Assembly: GCA_963738405.1 (NCBI GenBank)
Contig: CAVTWJ010000003.1
Coordinates: 1 to 49,016, forward strand
Direction of reading: 5' to 3'
Origin: a candidate division FCPU426 bacterium
GTDB lineage: Bacteria; Oederibacteriota; Muellerivitia; Muellerivitales; Muellerivitaceae
DNA length: 49,016 bases
Under the pieces are notes generated by a model, which was given only the letters and a program-made list of their open reading frames with translations, had not been told where the DNA came from and did no database searches. The translations under genes were made by a program, and so were the position numbers. Below are positions 1 through 10,088 of the stretch, one piece after another; within the stretch, counting starts at the first letter, position 1; the number at the start of each line of letters is the position of its first letter.

Positions 1-92
1 AGTTAGTTGATCAAACATGGTTGGTTGTTTTCAGAGGAATTTTATTTCTCAACAATAAGCAGTCGATTGACTAAAGAATTTTGGGGACAAAT

Positions 93-123
93 AAAAAAGG
101 CCGCCTGGAAGGGCGGCCTTTTT
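93..123. terminator. Intrinsic terminator, probably bidirectional
   Basis: AAAAAA-GGCCGCC-tggaag-GGCGGCC-TTTTT hairpin just downstream of the 137..442 stop. Confidence 0.85.
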
Positions 124-136
124 ACTTAAACGTTGT

Positions 137-442
137 TTATTTCAGGATGTCGGTTGTGGTCAACGACCCGCCAGCCGATTGGTTCAACAAATCAAAAGAT
201 GCTGATATGGAGGCTAAAGACTTGAATTCCATTTGGGAGTTGCTTTCATCCTTGGTGGCTTTAGGGGTGGCGGCAGGGGTCGAATCGGATGATCCGGTCA
301 GCCCGAGTCCAAGAGGATCAATTCCAGCCGAGGAAAAAACCCCGATCACAATAGCTGCTGCACCACCGGGAGTTGATTGCGCACTAGCTTGTACGCCTTG
401 TAACAACAAACCTAATGCCAAAGTGAAAAGCACTTTTTTCAT
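137..442 (-). CDS. Small secreted Ser/Gly/Ala-rich hypothetical protein (101 aa)
   Basis: ATG at 442 after a GAGGGGGG RBS; signal peptide MKKVLFTLALGLLLQGVQASA; the ORF-track extension to 697 overlaps the divergent gene. Confidence 0.75.
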   Translation of the reverse strand: MKKVLFTLALGLLLQGVQASAQSTPGGAAAIVIGVFSSAGIDPLGLGLTGSSDSTPAATPKATKDESNSQMEFKSLASISASFDLLNQSAGGSLTTTDILK

Positions 443-609
443 GTGAATTCCCCCCTCAGAGATTTCGAGCATTATATAAAAGGATTGAAAGATATCAATG
501 TTCCGAAGATAAATTGTCTGATAAGAAAGATTTACCCTTTGTTTGAAGGGCAATCCTAAAGCCTTGTATGATGCCTCGGCTTTTAAAGATGGATTAAAAA
601 GGAAATGGA

Positions 610-1236
610 ATGAATACTCGTTTTGCGGTTTTTTTAATGACTTTGGTTTGGGTAATGGGATTATCAACCCTACCTTGCGTGGCTCAGACTCCGACACCGA
701 CCCAAAACCTTCCTGAAATCAAGCTCGAAGTCGCTTGGACCAAGCAGGTCAGCCCCAACCTGTGCGGCTTGGCGGCCATTGAAATGATTGAGGGCTTTTA
801 CGGCCAAAAGCTGAATGATACTCAAAAAGACTGGCTAAGAACCGCTGCTGCGAGCGGATCAGGCCTTAAGGGAAGCGATTTGGTAACGGTTTTGCGGGCG
901 GAAGATGATGAGGCGGTAGTGTTCCCAGGAACCTTTTCAGCGGAAGGCCCAACGGGCCTTTACTACCAATTGAACATAGGCAGGCCCTTGGTAGTGATGA
1001 TTACCTCGAAAGACGGTCACAACAGCCATTACGATGTCGTTGTTGGCTATGATTTGAAGCAAGGCCAGTTATTGGTCATTGATCCGGCCATAGGGCCTTT
1101 AAGCGTCCCAATCAAAGATTTTGCCGCTGCATGGAACCGGGCGCGGAATTTCACCCTGCTGGCTGTTCCGGAGAGTTTGGTACACCTCCAAGAAACACCA
1201 GGTTCTGGAAATTCCGCGAGCCAGCCTAAAAAGTAA
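610..1236 (+). CDS. Secreted peptidase C39-like (papain-fold) cysteine protease
   Basis: Signal peptide; Q..NLCG, SHYDVVVGYD and VIDP motifs give a Cys-His-Asp triad. Confidence 0.8.
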   Translation: MNTRFAVFLMTLVWVMGLSTLPCVAQTPTPTQNLPEIKLEVAWTKQVSPNLCGLAAIEMIEGFYGQKLNDTQKDWLRTAAASGSGLKGSDLVTVLRAEDDEAVVFPGTFSAEGPTGLYYQLNIGRPLVVMITSKDGHNSHYDVVVGYDLKQGQLLVIDPAIGPLSVPIKDFAAAWNRARNFTLLAVPESLVHLQETPGSGNSASQPKK

Positions 1237-1242
1237 ATCCGG

Positions 1243-2220
1243 TTAGTAGATCAGGAATTGGGTTCCGATGGTATAGGTCGGATCCACCTCCTGGATCCCA
1301 TTCAGGCTTGTGTAAAAGGGAATCTGCACTTTGGCGTACAGTGTGGAGTCCCCGCTGATATTCCACCAAACGCCGGGGGTGAGATCGATCACCGTTCCAC
1401 CCGTGTTGGGCGTGTCCACGATTCCGGGCCCGAACGCGGAATTCGTGTAGGTATCCGAAGTCGCGTAGCGGCCCTCGGCGGCCAGGGAAATCGCCAGTGC
1501 ATCCACCACGTGCAATTGTCCTTGGAGGCCGGCAGTAAAAGCGTCCCCGAAGGCGTATTGGTACATCGGCGAAGTGGGGTCGGTTGTGAGCGCCCTTGTT
1601 CTTACAATGTAGTTGGCGTTGGCGCTCAACGTGAAGTCATCCCACACCCGGTTGTAAAGAAGCCCCCCATAAAAGGCCCAAGCGTTCGTGCCCAACTGCG
1701 CGTGGGTGTCGAGATTTTGGCCGGTAATCACGGAAGTGAAGTTGGTTTCTCCCGTGGGGAGGTAAAGGCCCCCTGAAACCGCCATGCCCGTGTGCTCTTT
1801 GGTTTTGAAATCGGTTTCGCTCAAGAAAAAGTACCTGGCCCCGAGCAACATGTCGCCGATCCCAAAAGGTGTCCCGTCATCCGGCCCAATGGGCGCTGAC
1901 ACCTGGAAATACTTTTCAACGACCGGAAACATCACCGACAGGCTCAAATCATCGGTTGGGCTATAGGTCAAGGTGGTATTGAGGTTGACTTGCCGGACCG
2001 ATTCCGTGCTCATGAAATCGTCGCTTTGGGCGCTGGCCGTCAGGTAGATGTTCTCAAAAGACACCCTCCAGGAGTCGGCTAGGGGATGCGCGGTGCCGGC
2101 TGACGCCAAAGGATCTCCGCATCCACAGACCGAACAGGCCCAAGATGCATTCGTCACAAAAATTAAAACCAAAGTGCATAAGAAAAGCGGGAGTCTGCAA
2201 CCTTGTATGAATTTAAACAT
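1243..2220 (-). CDS. Outer-membrane beta-barrel/transporter-like protein (COG4313/MetA-pathway-like) with N-terminal CxxCxC
   Basis: Signal peptide ending SWA then CSVCGCGDP; GIGDMLLGARY, LPTG and QLGT motifs; amphipathic strands; aromatic C-terminus. Confidence 0.65.
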   Translation of the reverse strand: MFKFIQGCRLPLFLCTLVLIFVTNASWACSVCGCGDPLASAGTAHPLADSWRVSFENIYLTASAQSDDFMSTESVRQVNLNTTLTYSPTDDLSLSVMFPVVEKYFQVSAPIGPDDGTPFGIGDMLLGARYFFLSETDFKTKEHTGMAVSGGLYLPTGETNFTSVITGQNLDTHAQLGTNAWAFYGGLLYNRVWDDFTLSANANYIVRTRALTTDPTSPMYQYAFGDAFTAGLQGQLHVVDALAISLAAEGRYATSDTYTNSAFGPGIVDTPNTGGTVIDLTPGVWWNISGDSTLYAKVQIPFYTSLNGIQEVDPTYTIGTQFLIY

Positions 2221-2312
2221 TTTATTTTCTCCTGGATGGTTGGAATGAATAATTGGAATAGCCCTAAAATTGGTTCGGGGCCAACCCGAATTTAGATTTG
2301 ATTTAAGTAGTT

Positions 2313-2696
2313 TTAGAACTGGGGAAAGGTTTCCGGAGGGGGAGAAAAGAACGTCAAACTTGGCTCGGGTAAGAACGCACCCGAAAAGCTAAATCGCGGT
2401 TGGTTTAAAAATAAATTGATAAGCATGATGAACGGAACGAGTAAAAATGGATTCTTAAGGAGTGCAGGAACAGTTTTGGCCGAATTTTGAGCGGCTTTTT
2501 CTTTTTGAATGTATCGGCAGAGGGGGCAGGGGTGGTTGCCGTCGAAAGTCTTTTTCAAAGCTTGCGAAAGGGATTGATTTTGGGAGTAATCCCGCACCAT
2601 GTTGACCCAAGCGACGGATTGAAGCATCAACCATTGGCCGCCCATGATCCAAAAGGCGAGGAATAAGAGTAAAAAACGAGTCGTGCGAAGGTGCAT
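2313..2696 (-). CDS. DUF2946-like membrane protein with HPCxxC and a Pro-rich C-terminus
   Basis: N-terminal hydrophobic helix, TFDGNHPCPLC, C-terminal FFSPPPE; lies upstream of the barrel gene. Confidence 0.65.
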   Translation of the reverse strand: MHLRTTRFLLLFLAFWIMGGQWLMLQSVAWVNMVRDYSQNQSLSQALKKTFDGNHPCPLCRYIQKEKAAQNSAKTVPALLKNPFLLVPFIMLINLFLNQPRFSFSGAFLPEPSLTFFSPPPETFPQF

Positions 2697-2746
2697 AGGG
2701 GTCTTATAAAACTCCTTGAGGAAAATATCAAGGGAAGGCGTCGATA

Positions 2747-5083
2747 TCAGCGAAAGAACAGAAGCTTTCCCACCGCTTGATGGTGATGGTCGCTGACCAC
2801 GATGTAGTAAAGACCGTTCGCCAGAGGGAGTCCCGCCGGGATGTTCAGCGGAAGCAGAATCTGGTTATAGCCGGAGGGAAGGTTTTCCAGGCTTTTTTGC
2901 CACACTTTTCGGAAGGCAGTAGTGAATAATTTGATATCCAGATTGGGAGTTTGGTTTTGGAGTAAGAAGGTAACGTAAACCGGTCCAGGACCTAAAACCG
3001 GGTTGGGAAATGGAATGGGCGTGGAAATAGGGCCTTGGGAAGTGGAGGAATAGGTAGAAGTGGGGTTGGGAGTGAGGGTGCTTGTGGGCGAAAGGGTAAC
3101 GGTAGGAGTGTAGGTCAGGGTGGCCGTCGCGGTATGAGAGGGGGTGGAGGTCAATGTCAATGAGAAGGTTGGAGTCGGGGTAAGGGTGCGAGTAGGGGTT
3201 GGGGTGGGTGTCAAGGTTGGGGTCGCCGAGAATGTGGAGGTGGGAGACAAGGTGTTGGTTGGAGTTGAAGTAATGGTGAATGTATTGGTGGGGGTGTAAC
3301 TGAAGATGGGTGTTAGGGTGGGTGTGAAGCTTTGAGTTGGAGTAGGTGAAGCCGTGGGGCTCGAGGTAGAAGTTGGGGTTTTAGTGTTGGTGGAGGTGCT
3401 CATCGGTGTGGCAGAGGAGGTGGGGGTTGGGGTGTAAGTCAGAAACCCCGTGCTTAGGCTTATTTCATAAAGTGTTCCCGAACGGCCCGGCACGTTGTCG
3501 GTAAAACTTGTGCCATTTAATGTGAAAGATGGAGCGGTCGGACTGTAAATAGTGGAGTTGTTCACGTCGAAACGGAAAGATCGGATGGCGGTGATTCCCT
3601 GGCCTCCAGTTAGGTTGGTGACATTAAAAGTGGCCGCGTCCGTTACGGCGGCCGAGGAATAGTTGCGGTCAACAGCCACGAGCCAGATCTTGTTCGGGGA
3701 GGAATTGCTTCGAGAGGCGTAGACTGAGGAAAAGGTCACGCTGTTAGTGGATGCGGACATGGAAAGATTACCAAAGGTGGAACCCGCACCATCGTAGTTT
3801 AGATAGAGGTTGTAGGCCGCCTTGATATAAGTGCCGCTGTCCCCGAACAGACAGGATAAAGTTCCATACTTTCCGAAGATGCCTAAAGCATCCGCCTCGG
3901 CTACACCACCCGAAACATCATTCATTCCGCCATAATAGTATTCAGAAAAGGCCAGCTTGGTCTGGGGGTAATGATTGGTGACTTCGTCCTGAAATCTTGG
4001 AATTAATGTTATTGGAAGGCCCCCAATAGCCCCGCAAATGTTGTCATTTGAATCAACGAATGTTGGATCCCATAGGGAACGGGGCGCCTGCATCCTTATG
4101 TTTCCGGTTCCACCATCACCGTTTGTAGCGGTGATCCTGGTCGTGACCCCTCCGTTGATGTAATAGACCTCGGGATACCAATGAACGTCCAAGTAATGAA
4201 GCAGCCGACGATTGGCCGAACTTGAGGCCAGTGACATCTGATCAAGGTAAGAACTCACGTTGTCAAGCGCCGTGGTCGAATAGTTGTAACCCAACCACCA
4301 CCAACCGGCTTCAACAGGGCCGAGAATCTGGGCGCCTGGATCCATGGATGTAATAATTGTCGCAAGACTTACCCCCTTGCTAGTAATCACGGTGTATGAG
4401 GGTTGAGTGGGACAAATCATAGGATGGGTGCCGTTCCAGATCCCTGGCTCATTATCCAAGCAGTAGTATTTGGCGCCGCCCGAGGCAGAATTGCCCACAT
4501 GGTTGAGGAGGTAATTCATTTCCTCATCCATATAGACCGTGTTGTCTGTCGTTATAGGCGGATCCGCGAAGGCGGAACCCTTCACGAAGGAAACAGCTTT
4601 CCAGTAAGTGCCTGGTGTGCCATAAGTGCCCGCAAGATCGTCTGCGCCTGTGATCGTAACGTCACAATTACAATCTCCGTCGGCTGATACATAACCTGCC
4701 ATTTGGAGGGTTACTAGTGATGCGGCTCCCTTGGCGTTATTGATGCCTATGTATTGGGCGAGGACTGTGGCTGGCTGTTGGTTAGCATTCTGTGGGGGTA
4801 CGGGATTCATGGTGCTTAGGAGATACCAGTCCTCGTGATTGGGACCGTAATCCGTGCCCGCGTTGGAAGAATTGTTTTCCCAGTTGTAACCGGTCAATCG
4901 ATTCCCACCCTGGCGGTAGAGGGGAACCTGTGGAACGCCAATATCCCAGTTCGCTCCATATGCGGTAGAGGGGATGACTGAAACTGGAGCGCTTGCATTA
5001 ATATTAAATGTAAGGGATGCGGCTTGAAGAGCGTTTCCGGCGCAGAACGCTATAAGAAATAGGGGAAGTGAAAAATTCCGAAT
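2747..5083 (-). CDS. Glycoside hydrolase family 44 (endoglucanase/xyloglucanase) with Thr/Pro linker and C-terminal sorting-like domain
   Basis: [28 protein letters not shown] and FSEY motifs. The frame stays open above 4897 up to a TGA at 5090-5092 and encodes a signal peptide; the start codon is uncertain (ATT at 5083). Confidence 0.85.
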   Translation of the reverse strand: MRNFSLPLFLIAFCAGNALQAASLTFNINASAPVSVIPSTAYGANWDIGVPQVPLYRQGGNRLTGYNWENNSSNAGTDYGPNHEDWYLLSTMNPVPPQNANQQPATVLAQYIGINNAKGAASLVTLQMAGYVSADGDCNCDVTITGADDLAGTYGTPGTYWKAVSFVKGSAFADPPITTDNTVYMDEEMNYLLNHVGNSASGGAKYYCLDNEPGIWNGTHPMICPTQPSYTVITSKGVSLATIITSMDPGAQILGPVEAGWWWLGYNYSTTALDNVSSYLDQMSLASSSANRRLLHYLDVHWYPEVYYINGGVTTRITATNGDGGTGNIRMQAPRSLWDPTFVDSNDNICGAIGGLPITLIPRFQDEVTNHYPQTKLAFSEYYYGGMNDVSGGVAEADALGIFGKYGTLSCLFGDSGTYIKAAYNLYLNYDGAGSTFGNLSMSASTNSVTFSSVYASRSNSSPNKIWLVAVDRNYSSAAVTDAATFNVTNLTGGQGITAIRSFRFDVNNSTIYSPTAPSFTLNGTSFTDNVPGRSGTLYEISLSTGFLTYTPTPTSSATPMSTSTNTKTPTSTSSPTASPTPTQSFTPTLTPIFSYTPTNTFTITSTPTNTLSPTSTFSATPTLTPTPTPTRTLTPTPTFSLTLTSTPSHTATATLTYTPTVTLSPTSTLTPNPTSTYSSTSQGPISTPIPFPNPVLGPGPVYVTFLLQNQTPNLDIKLFTTAFRKVWQKSLENLPSGYNQILLPLNIPAGLPLANGLYYIVVSDHHHQAVGKLLFFR

Positions 5084-5172
5084 GGGGGCTCACTCCGCTT
5101 CAAATGATTGTTGCGTTAAAATTGTATCAAAGATGGGTTAATTAGGGGGCACTGGAGCGGTAACTTAGAAAA

Positions 5173-7185
5173 TTATTTGCTGAATAAAGCTTTGAAAGGG
5201 GTTCGATCTTGGGAAAGAACCACTTGGTAGAAGGCCTGGAGGGCGGCGTAATTCTTGCCGAGTTCGATGACCCGCTGTTTGAGGTTTAAATCCCTTTCGA
5301 AGGTTAGGGTTCCAAACTGAAGTTTCGAGTCGGTCACAAACTCAGCCATATCATTTGAAAAGGTTATGTCTTTGGGCAGGTCATCCCAGAGAAACCCTGG
5401 AGGCAGTTGGATCAATTCCCTCGTGATGGAGTTGAAATTTTGCGGAGCGACCACGGGTGTGGTTCTTTTTTCTCTTAAGTTTGTGAAAAACTCCTCAACG
5501 TCATCAAAAACCAGCGGATAAATTTTCCAGCCCTTTTTGGGCAAGGGTTCGGCATAACCGGGTACGGTGAAGGAATAGTGAATGGTCAATGGCTGGGAAA
5601 GGTCATTAAAGTCTCCGGCCTGGTAATCCACCAAGGCGACGCCGGGATACCTTTTGGCCAGTCCCCGAAGCACCAGGGCCCGCCGGGTTTCCTGGCTGGC
5701 CTGCCGAAAAAATTGGCGCATGGCCAATTCGGTCGCGCCATAGGCCCGCAGGTCCACCGAGCAGTTAACCGACCCATCTTTTGTCAGTTGCGCCGTCACG
5801 TCCCTTTCTTTGCGGTGGTCTTTAGAAATAAAAGAAGGGGTGTTGGTCCAGGCCAAGGGGGAAAGCACCGCCAAGGCCTGCCGATCCAGGGCGTTCAGGG
5901 GCAATACATTAGGCGCGGCCAGGGATTCGGTGGGATCCATCCATATCATTTCCTTGGCGGGCCCCTCGACCCCCACCAGAACCCCATCCAATTGGGACAG
6001 GGCGGGCAAGTCGCCCACTAAATCCCCGGAGTCCGCCTTGCGGTAAAGATAAACCAGGGGATTCAGGTTCATAGCTTTCATGGCGGAAACGAACAAAACG
6101 GTCAGGTCATGGGAAGAACCTTTCCCGCTTTCAAAAATATCCGAAAGGGTTCGGTCAGGGTTCAGATAAACCGGCAATCCCGTATCCACGAACTCGACCT
6201 TTTGATGAATCAAGGCTTTTATTTTGGTGAGCCGGTCCGTCAGGGCCAGGGTGGTATTGCCCAAGGCGTCGGTCAAATTCTCATTGACCTGCTTCAGGTC
6301 CCCCGTCAGGTATTGCTGAATCCTTTTGCGGTAAGGCATGACAGCATCTTCCCAACTTTTGTTCAGGGTGAATCCCGTAAAGGGCGCCATGTCCCAACGG
6401 GGAGGTGAAAAGGTTTCGGGTGTGGGGGAGAAAGTCGTTGCGGGCATTGAAAAACCCAGGGTATGGGTGGAGCCGTCCTTCTGTTCCAGGGGCTGGTAAT
6501 CGGCGGGAAATCTTAAATTGACCGCGTAAAGCCTAAGGTCTTTAGGAAAGGATACGGTTAATCCCTGGTTCAGGGTCGGCATATTGTCGTTCCATGAAAA
6601 GGCGAAACTTCCCTCGGCCTGAACCGGATGTAATAGGGGAACTCCCTGCGAAACGGGTTTGCTGGCAGGCAGGGTGGAGGTTTTGGTTTCCAAGGTGTAG
6701 CGAATCTCCAGCGCCTCTCCCGCGTTTAAATCGGGCAATTGGACCACCGTCACGCAGGCTAGTCCCGGTGGAAGGTCGGGAGCCACAGGTGAAAATTTGC
6801 ATTCCCCCGGAAAGGGGGAGGGGGCGATGGTTCCATCCGAATTCAAATTGTAGCGTTTGATGGATTGGATTTTGAGTTCTTGTGAATCGGTGTTGAGGGT
6901 GGCCAGGGGCGGGAGGGGCTGGCTGGGTTTAACCCTTACCGCCCAAATTTCATGGGCGGAGATTTTCATGCTTTTGTCGATATTCCATTGGGCATTTGCT
7001 TCATCAGCGGCCCGCACCCATTCCGGGGCGTCGGGGGAAGATAATTGGGAAGCCGCGCGGGAAACGATCGCGAGAGAGGGATCGGTATCCGCCTTTTCTG
7101 TGGGAAGTGGTGGAGCCGTAGCACAGCCGGTCAAAAGCAAAAGGGATGCTAATAAAAGGAGGTGGAACGAACGATGCAATCTCAT
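5173..7185 (-). CDS. Lipoprotein, DUF3857/transglutaminase-like/DUF3858 architecture (catalytic residues degenerate)
   Basis: Lipobox LLTGC; LPDLNAGEALEIRY; GKGSSHDLTVLF; WMDPT; IQLPPGF..LPKD C-terminal domain. Confidence 0.75.
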   Translation of the reverse strand: MRLHRSFHLLLLASLLLLTGCATAPPLPTEKADTDPSLAIVSRAASQLSSPDAPEWVRAADEANAQWNIDKSMKISAHEIWAVRVKPSQPLPPLATLNTDSQELKIQSIKRYNLNSDGTIAPSPFPGECKFSPVAPDLPPGLACVTVVQLPDLNAGEALEIRYTLETKTSTLPASKPVSQGVPLLHPVQAEGSFAFSWNDNMPTLNQGLTVSFPKDLRLYAVNLRFPADYQPLEQKDGSTHTLGFSMPATTFSPTPETFSPPRWDMAPFTGFTLNKSWEDAVMPYRKRIQQYLTGDLKQVNENLTDALGNTTLALTDRLTKIKALIHQKVEFVDTGLPVYLNPDRTLSDIFESGKGSSHDLTVLFVSAMKAMNLNPLVYLYRKADSGDLVGDLPALSQLDGVLVGVEGPAKEMIWMDPTESLAAPNVLPLNALDRQALAVLSPLAWTNTPSFISKDHRKERDVTAQLTKDGSVNCSVDLRAYGATELAMRQFFRQASQETRRALVLRGLAKRYPGVALVDYQAGDFNDLSQPLTIHYSFTVPGYAEPLPKKGWKIYPLVFDDVEEFFTNLREKRTTPVVAPQNFNSITRELIQLPPGFLWDDLPKDITFSNDMAEFVTDSKLQFGTLTFERDLNLKQRVIELGKNYAALQAFYQVVLSQDRTPFKALFSK

Positions 7186-7841
7186 GCTCCGGCGTTTTTG
7201 AGTTCCCGGACGGCTTGGGCCATGTCGGGAGCTTTGAAAATCGCGGTCGCGGCGATCAACAAGTCGGCGCCCGCTTCCACGACTTGGGGGGCGGTTTTGG
7301 GGGAAATGCCGCCGTCCACAGCGATCAAAGGTTTCAGTCCCTCCTCACGGCACCACTTGGAGAAACGGGAAATCTTGGGAACCACCGAGGGGATGAAGGA
7401 CTGGCCGGCAAAACCCGGGAAAACCGACATGAAAAGAACATAGTCCAGGCAGGAGGCGAAGGGTTTTGCCGCTTCCTCGGTCGTGTCGGGATTCAGGACC
7501 ATTCCGGGCTTGCAGCCCAAGCCGCGGATTTGGTCAATCACCTTTTGGGGCTCCAGAACCGCTTCCGCGTGAAAGAGGATGTAGGTGGACCCGGCCTTGG
7601 CAAAGTCGGGAATGTATTTTTCAGCGTTCTCAATCATGAGGTGGCTGTCGATGGGGACCTGGACCTTTCCCTTGAGGGAAGCGATGACCGGTGCGCCGAA
7701 AGTGATGTTAGGGACAAAGTGCCCGTCCATCACGTCCATATGCAGCATATCCACCCCGGCTTCGACAGCCCGGAGTGAATTTTCCAATAAATTTCCGAAG
7801 TCCGCGGATAAGACCGAAGCGGAGACTTTGACAGGTTTCAT
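7182..7841 (-). CDS. rpe: Ribulose-phosphate 3-epimerase
   Basis: SVLSADF, HMDVMDGHFVPNITFG, MSVFPGFAGQSF and VDGGI motifs. Confidence 0.97.
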   Translation of the reverse strand: MKPVKVSASVLSADFGNLLENSLRAVEAGVDMLHMDVMDGHFVPNITFGAPVIASLKGKVQVPIDSHLMIENAEKYIPDFAKAGSTYILFHAEAVLEPQKVIDQIRGLGCKPGMVLNPDTTEEAAKPFASCLDYVLFMSVFPGFAGQSFIPSVVPKISRFSKWCREEGLKPLIAVDGGISPKTAPQVVEAGADLLIAATAIFKAPDMAQAVRELKNAGA

Positions 7842-7950
7842 GAGGTCCTCACATCAAGATGGGCCCTTACGTGTTGGGGCTTCAAAACATGCTCATGGTA
7901 ACAAAAGCGGGAACGTAATCCTATTGGGTGGGACAAGCTGGAAAGAGCGC

Positions 7951-9054
7951 TTAAGAGGCGGCTTTTTGATTTTGAGCCAGGGCTTGGGCGGTCAATTCTT
8001 TTTCCACGAGGGGCTGAAATTTTTTCTTCTCGATGGCCTTTAAATAGGCCTGCTCGGCGGTGATTTTGCCATCGTCCAAAAATTTCATCAAACAATTATC
8101 CATTGTCTGCATGCCTTGTTTTGAACCCAATTCAATATAGGAAACGAGGGCGGAAGTCTTGGCGGATCGGATGAGGTTGGGAAGACTCTTATTGTAAGTA
8201 AGGACTTCCACCGCGGCACAGCGGCCCTTGCCATCCTTGGTGGGGCAGAGCTGTTGGGCCACGATTCCCCTGATGGCGGCAGCCAGGGCGCCCCTGGCCT
8301 TTTCCCTTTCATTGGAAGGATAGGCGTTGATGATACGGTCGATGGTCTTGGCTGCTGAGTTGGTGTGCAAAGTCCCGAAAACCAGGACCCCCATCTCAGC
8401 CGCGGCGATCGCCAGGCTCATGGTTTCGTAATCGCGCATTTCACCCACCAAAATGATGTCCGGGTCCTGCCGCATGGCCGATCTCAGCGCGGCCTTGAAG
8501 GAATGGGTATCCCGGTGGACCTCTCTTTGCGTAATCTTGCACTTTTTAACGGGATGGACGAACTCGATGGGGTCTTCGATGGTCAAGATATTGGCTTCGC
8601 GCCTGGAATTGATATCGTCGATCATGGCGGCCAGGGTGGTCGATTTGCCGCTGCCTGTCGGGCCCGTCACCAGCACCAGTCCGCGGGTCAGCCGGGACAG
8701 GTCGCCCAAGATGGGGGGCATTCCTAAGTCCGCGAGGGTCAGGATTTTGCTGGGGATGGTTCGGAATACCGCGGCGATGCCTTGTTGGTTGAAGAAGACA
8801 TTGGAACGAAACCGGGCCAGGCCGGAAACCTCATAGGCGTAGTCGTAATCTTTCCGGCTCCAGCAAAGCCCCCATTGTTCCTGGCTCATGGTTTCAAATA
8901 GAAGTCCCTGAAGGGTTTCGGGGGTCAGGACCCAATCGGCCAAGGGGGTCAATTCGCCCCGGACACGAATCAGCGGGGGGTTTCCAATCGTGAGGTGCAG
9001 GTCGGAAGCCTTGCGCTCCACCATGGCTTGGAAGAGCTGGTCAATGGCGGCCAT
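7951..9054 (-). CDS. pilT: Type IV pilus retraction ATPase PilT
   Basis: ASDLHL, GPTGSGKSTT, TIEDPIE, ALRSAMRQDPDIILVGEMRD, TLHT. Confidence 0.93.
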   Translation of the reverse strand: MAAIDQLFQAMVERKASDLHLTIGNPPLIRVRGELTPLADWVLTPETLQGLLFETMSQEQWGLCWSRKDYDYAYEVSGLARFRSNVFFNQQGIAAVFRTIPSKILTLADLGMPPILGDLSRLTRGLVLVTGPTGSGKSTTLAAMIDDINSRREANILTIEDPIEFVHPVKKCKITQREVHRDTHSFKAALRSAMRQDPDIILVGEMRDYETMSLAIAAAEMGVLVFGTLHTNSAAKTIDRIINAYPSNEREKARGALAAAIRGIVAQQLCPTKDGKGRCAAVEVLTYNKSLPNLIRSAKTSALVSYIELGSKQGMQTMDNCLMKFLDDGKITAEQAYLKAIEKKKFQPLVEKELTAQALAQNQKAAS

Positions 9055-10088
9055 CAGGCGTCCTCCATCAATATCTCATCCGCCTGGGGCTGCGTGATGC
9101 GCTTGGCGGATACCAGGGAGCGGATGGCCGTTTCCATGCTTTGCATGCCCAACGATTGGCCGGTGGTGATCATGGAGGGGATCTTGTGGTACTCGCCCTC
9201 GCGAATCGTATTGGCCATGGCCAGGGAGTTCACCAGAATCTCAAAGGCGGGAACCAAAGCCTTTTCCTCGGCGTCCACCAACAGCCTTTGGGACATGATG
9301 CCCACCAGGCTTTCCGACAAGCTGGCGATGGTTTGGGCCTGTTCAGCCGCGGGAAAAAGATTCACGACCCTGGAAATGGTGGCGGCGGCTGAGCCCGTAT
9401 GGAGGGTCCCGATCACCAAATGTCCCGTCTCGGCGGCGGTCAAGGCCAGGCTCATGGTTTCGTGATCGCGCATTTCGCCGACCATGATGATATCCGGGTC
9501 CTCGCGAAGGGCGCTCCGCAACGCCGCGGAGAAACTGCCCGTATGGGGGCCGACGCTGCGCTGGTTGACCAGGGATTTTTTCCGCTGGTGGATGTATTCG
9601 ATGGGGTCCTCAATGGTGATGATATGGGCGTCGCTGGTTTGGTTGATGAAATCCACAAGCGCGGCGCAGGTGGTGGATTTGCCGCACCGGCCCGGGCCCG
9701 TAATCAGTACCAGGCCCTGATTGGAGTCCGCGAATTTTTTGAGGATCGGCGGGAGGCCCAGTTCATCGATGGAGCGGACCTTGGAATTGAAATGCCGTAA
9801 AACAGCGTCCCAGCCCTTGCGCTGGCGGTAGGCGTTGAGGCGGAAACGCTCCCCGTTGGGCATGGTATAGGCTGCGTCGATTTCCCATTCTTTGCGGAGC
9901 TTTTCGGCGTTTTCCGCGTCGAGGATCTCAAAGACCAATTCTTCGCAATCGGCGGCGGTGAGGGATTCTTCGGTGATTTGATTGAGCCGGCCCAGTCGGC
10001 GCATATAAACGGGGGATTCGGAAGCCAAATGGACATCCGAAGCCTCGGAATCCACACAGGTTTGAAGGTAAGTGTCCACTCTTGGCAA
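9054..10088 (-). CDS. pilT: Second PilT/PilU-family ATPase
   Basis: ASDVHL, GPGRCGKSTT, ALREDPDIIMVGEMRD, AETGHLVIGTLHT. The TTG at 10088 is inferred by alignment with the paralogue; the ORF extends to 10244. Confidence 0.88.
   Translation of the reverse strand: MPRVDTYLQTCVDSEASDVHLASESPVYMRRLGRLNQITEESLTAADCEELVFEILDAENAEKLRKEWEIDAAYTMPNGERFRLNAYRQRKGWDAVLRHFNSKVRSIDELGLPPILKKFADSNQGLVLITGPGRCGKSTTCAALVDFINQTSDAHIITIEDPIEYIHQRKKSLVNQRSVGPHTGSFSAALRSALREDPDIIMVGEMRDHETMSLALTAAETGHLVIGTLHTGSAAATISRVVNLFPAAEQAQTIASLSESLVGIMSQRLLVDAEEKALVPAFEILVNSLAMANTIREGEYHKIPSMITTGQSLGMQSMETAIRSLVSAKRITQPQADEILMEDA

Noticed and set aside
610..2220. Fap-like amyloid system (FapD C39 peptidase + FapF barrel)
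   Set aside because: The genes are convergent, there is no repeat-containing amyloid subunit, and the barrel has a CxxCxC start with a DUF2946-like partner.
3050..3440. DNA tandem repeat
   Set aside because: Low-complexity Thr/Pro/Ser coding linker with varied codons.
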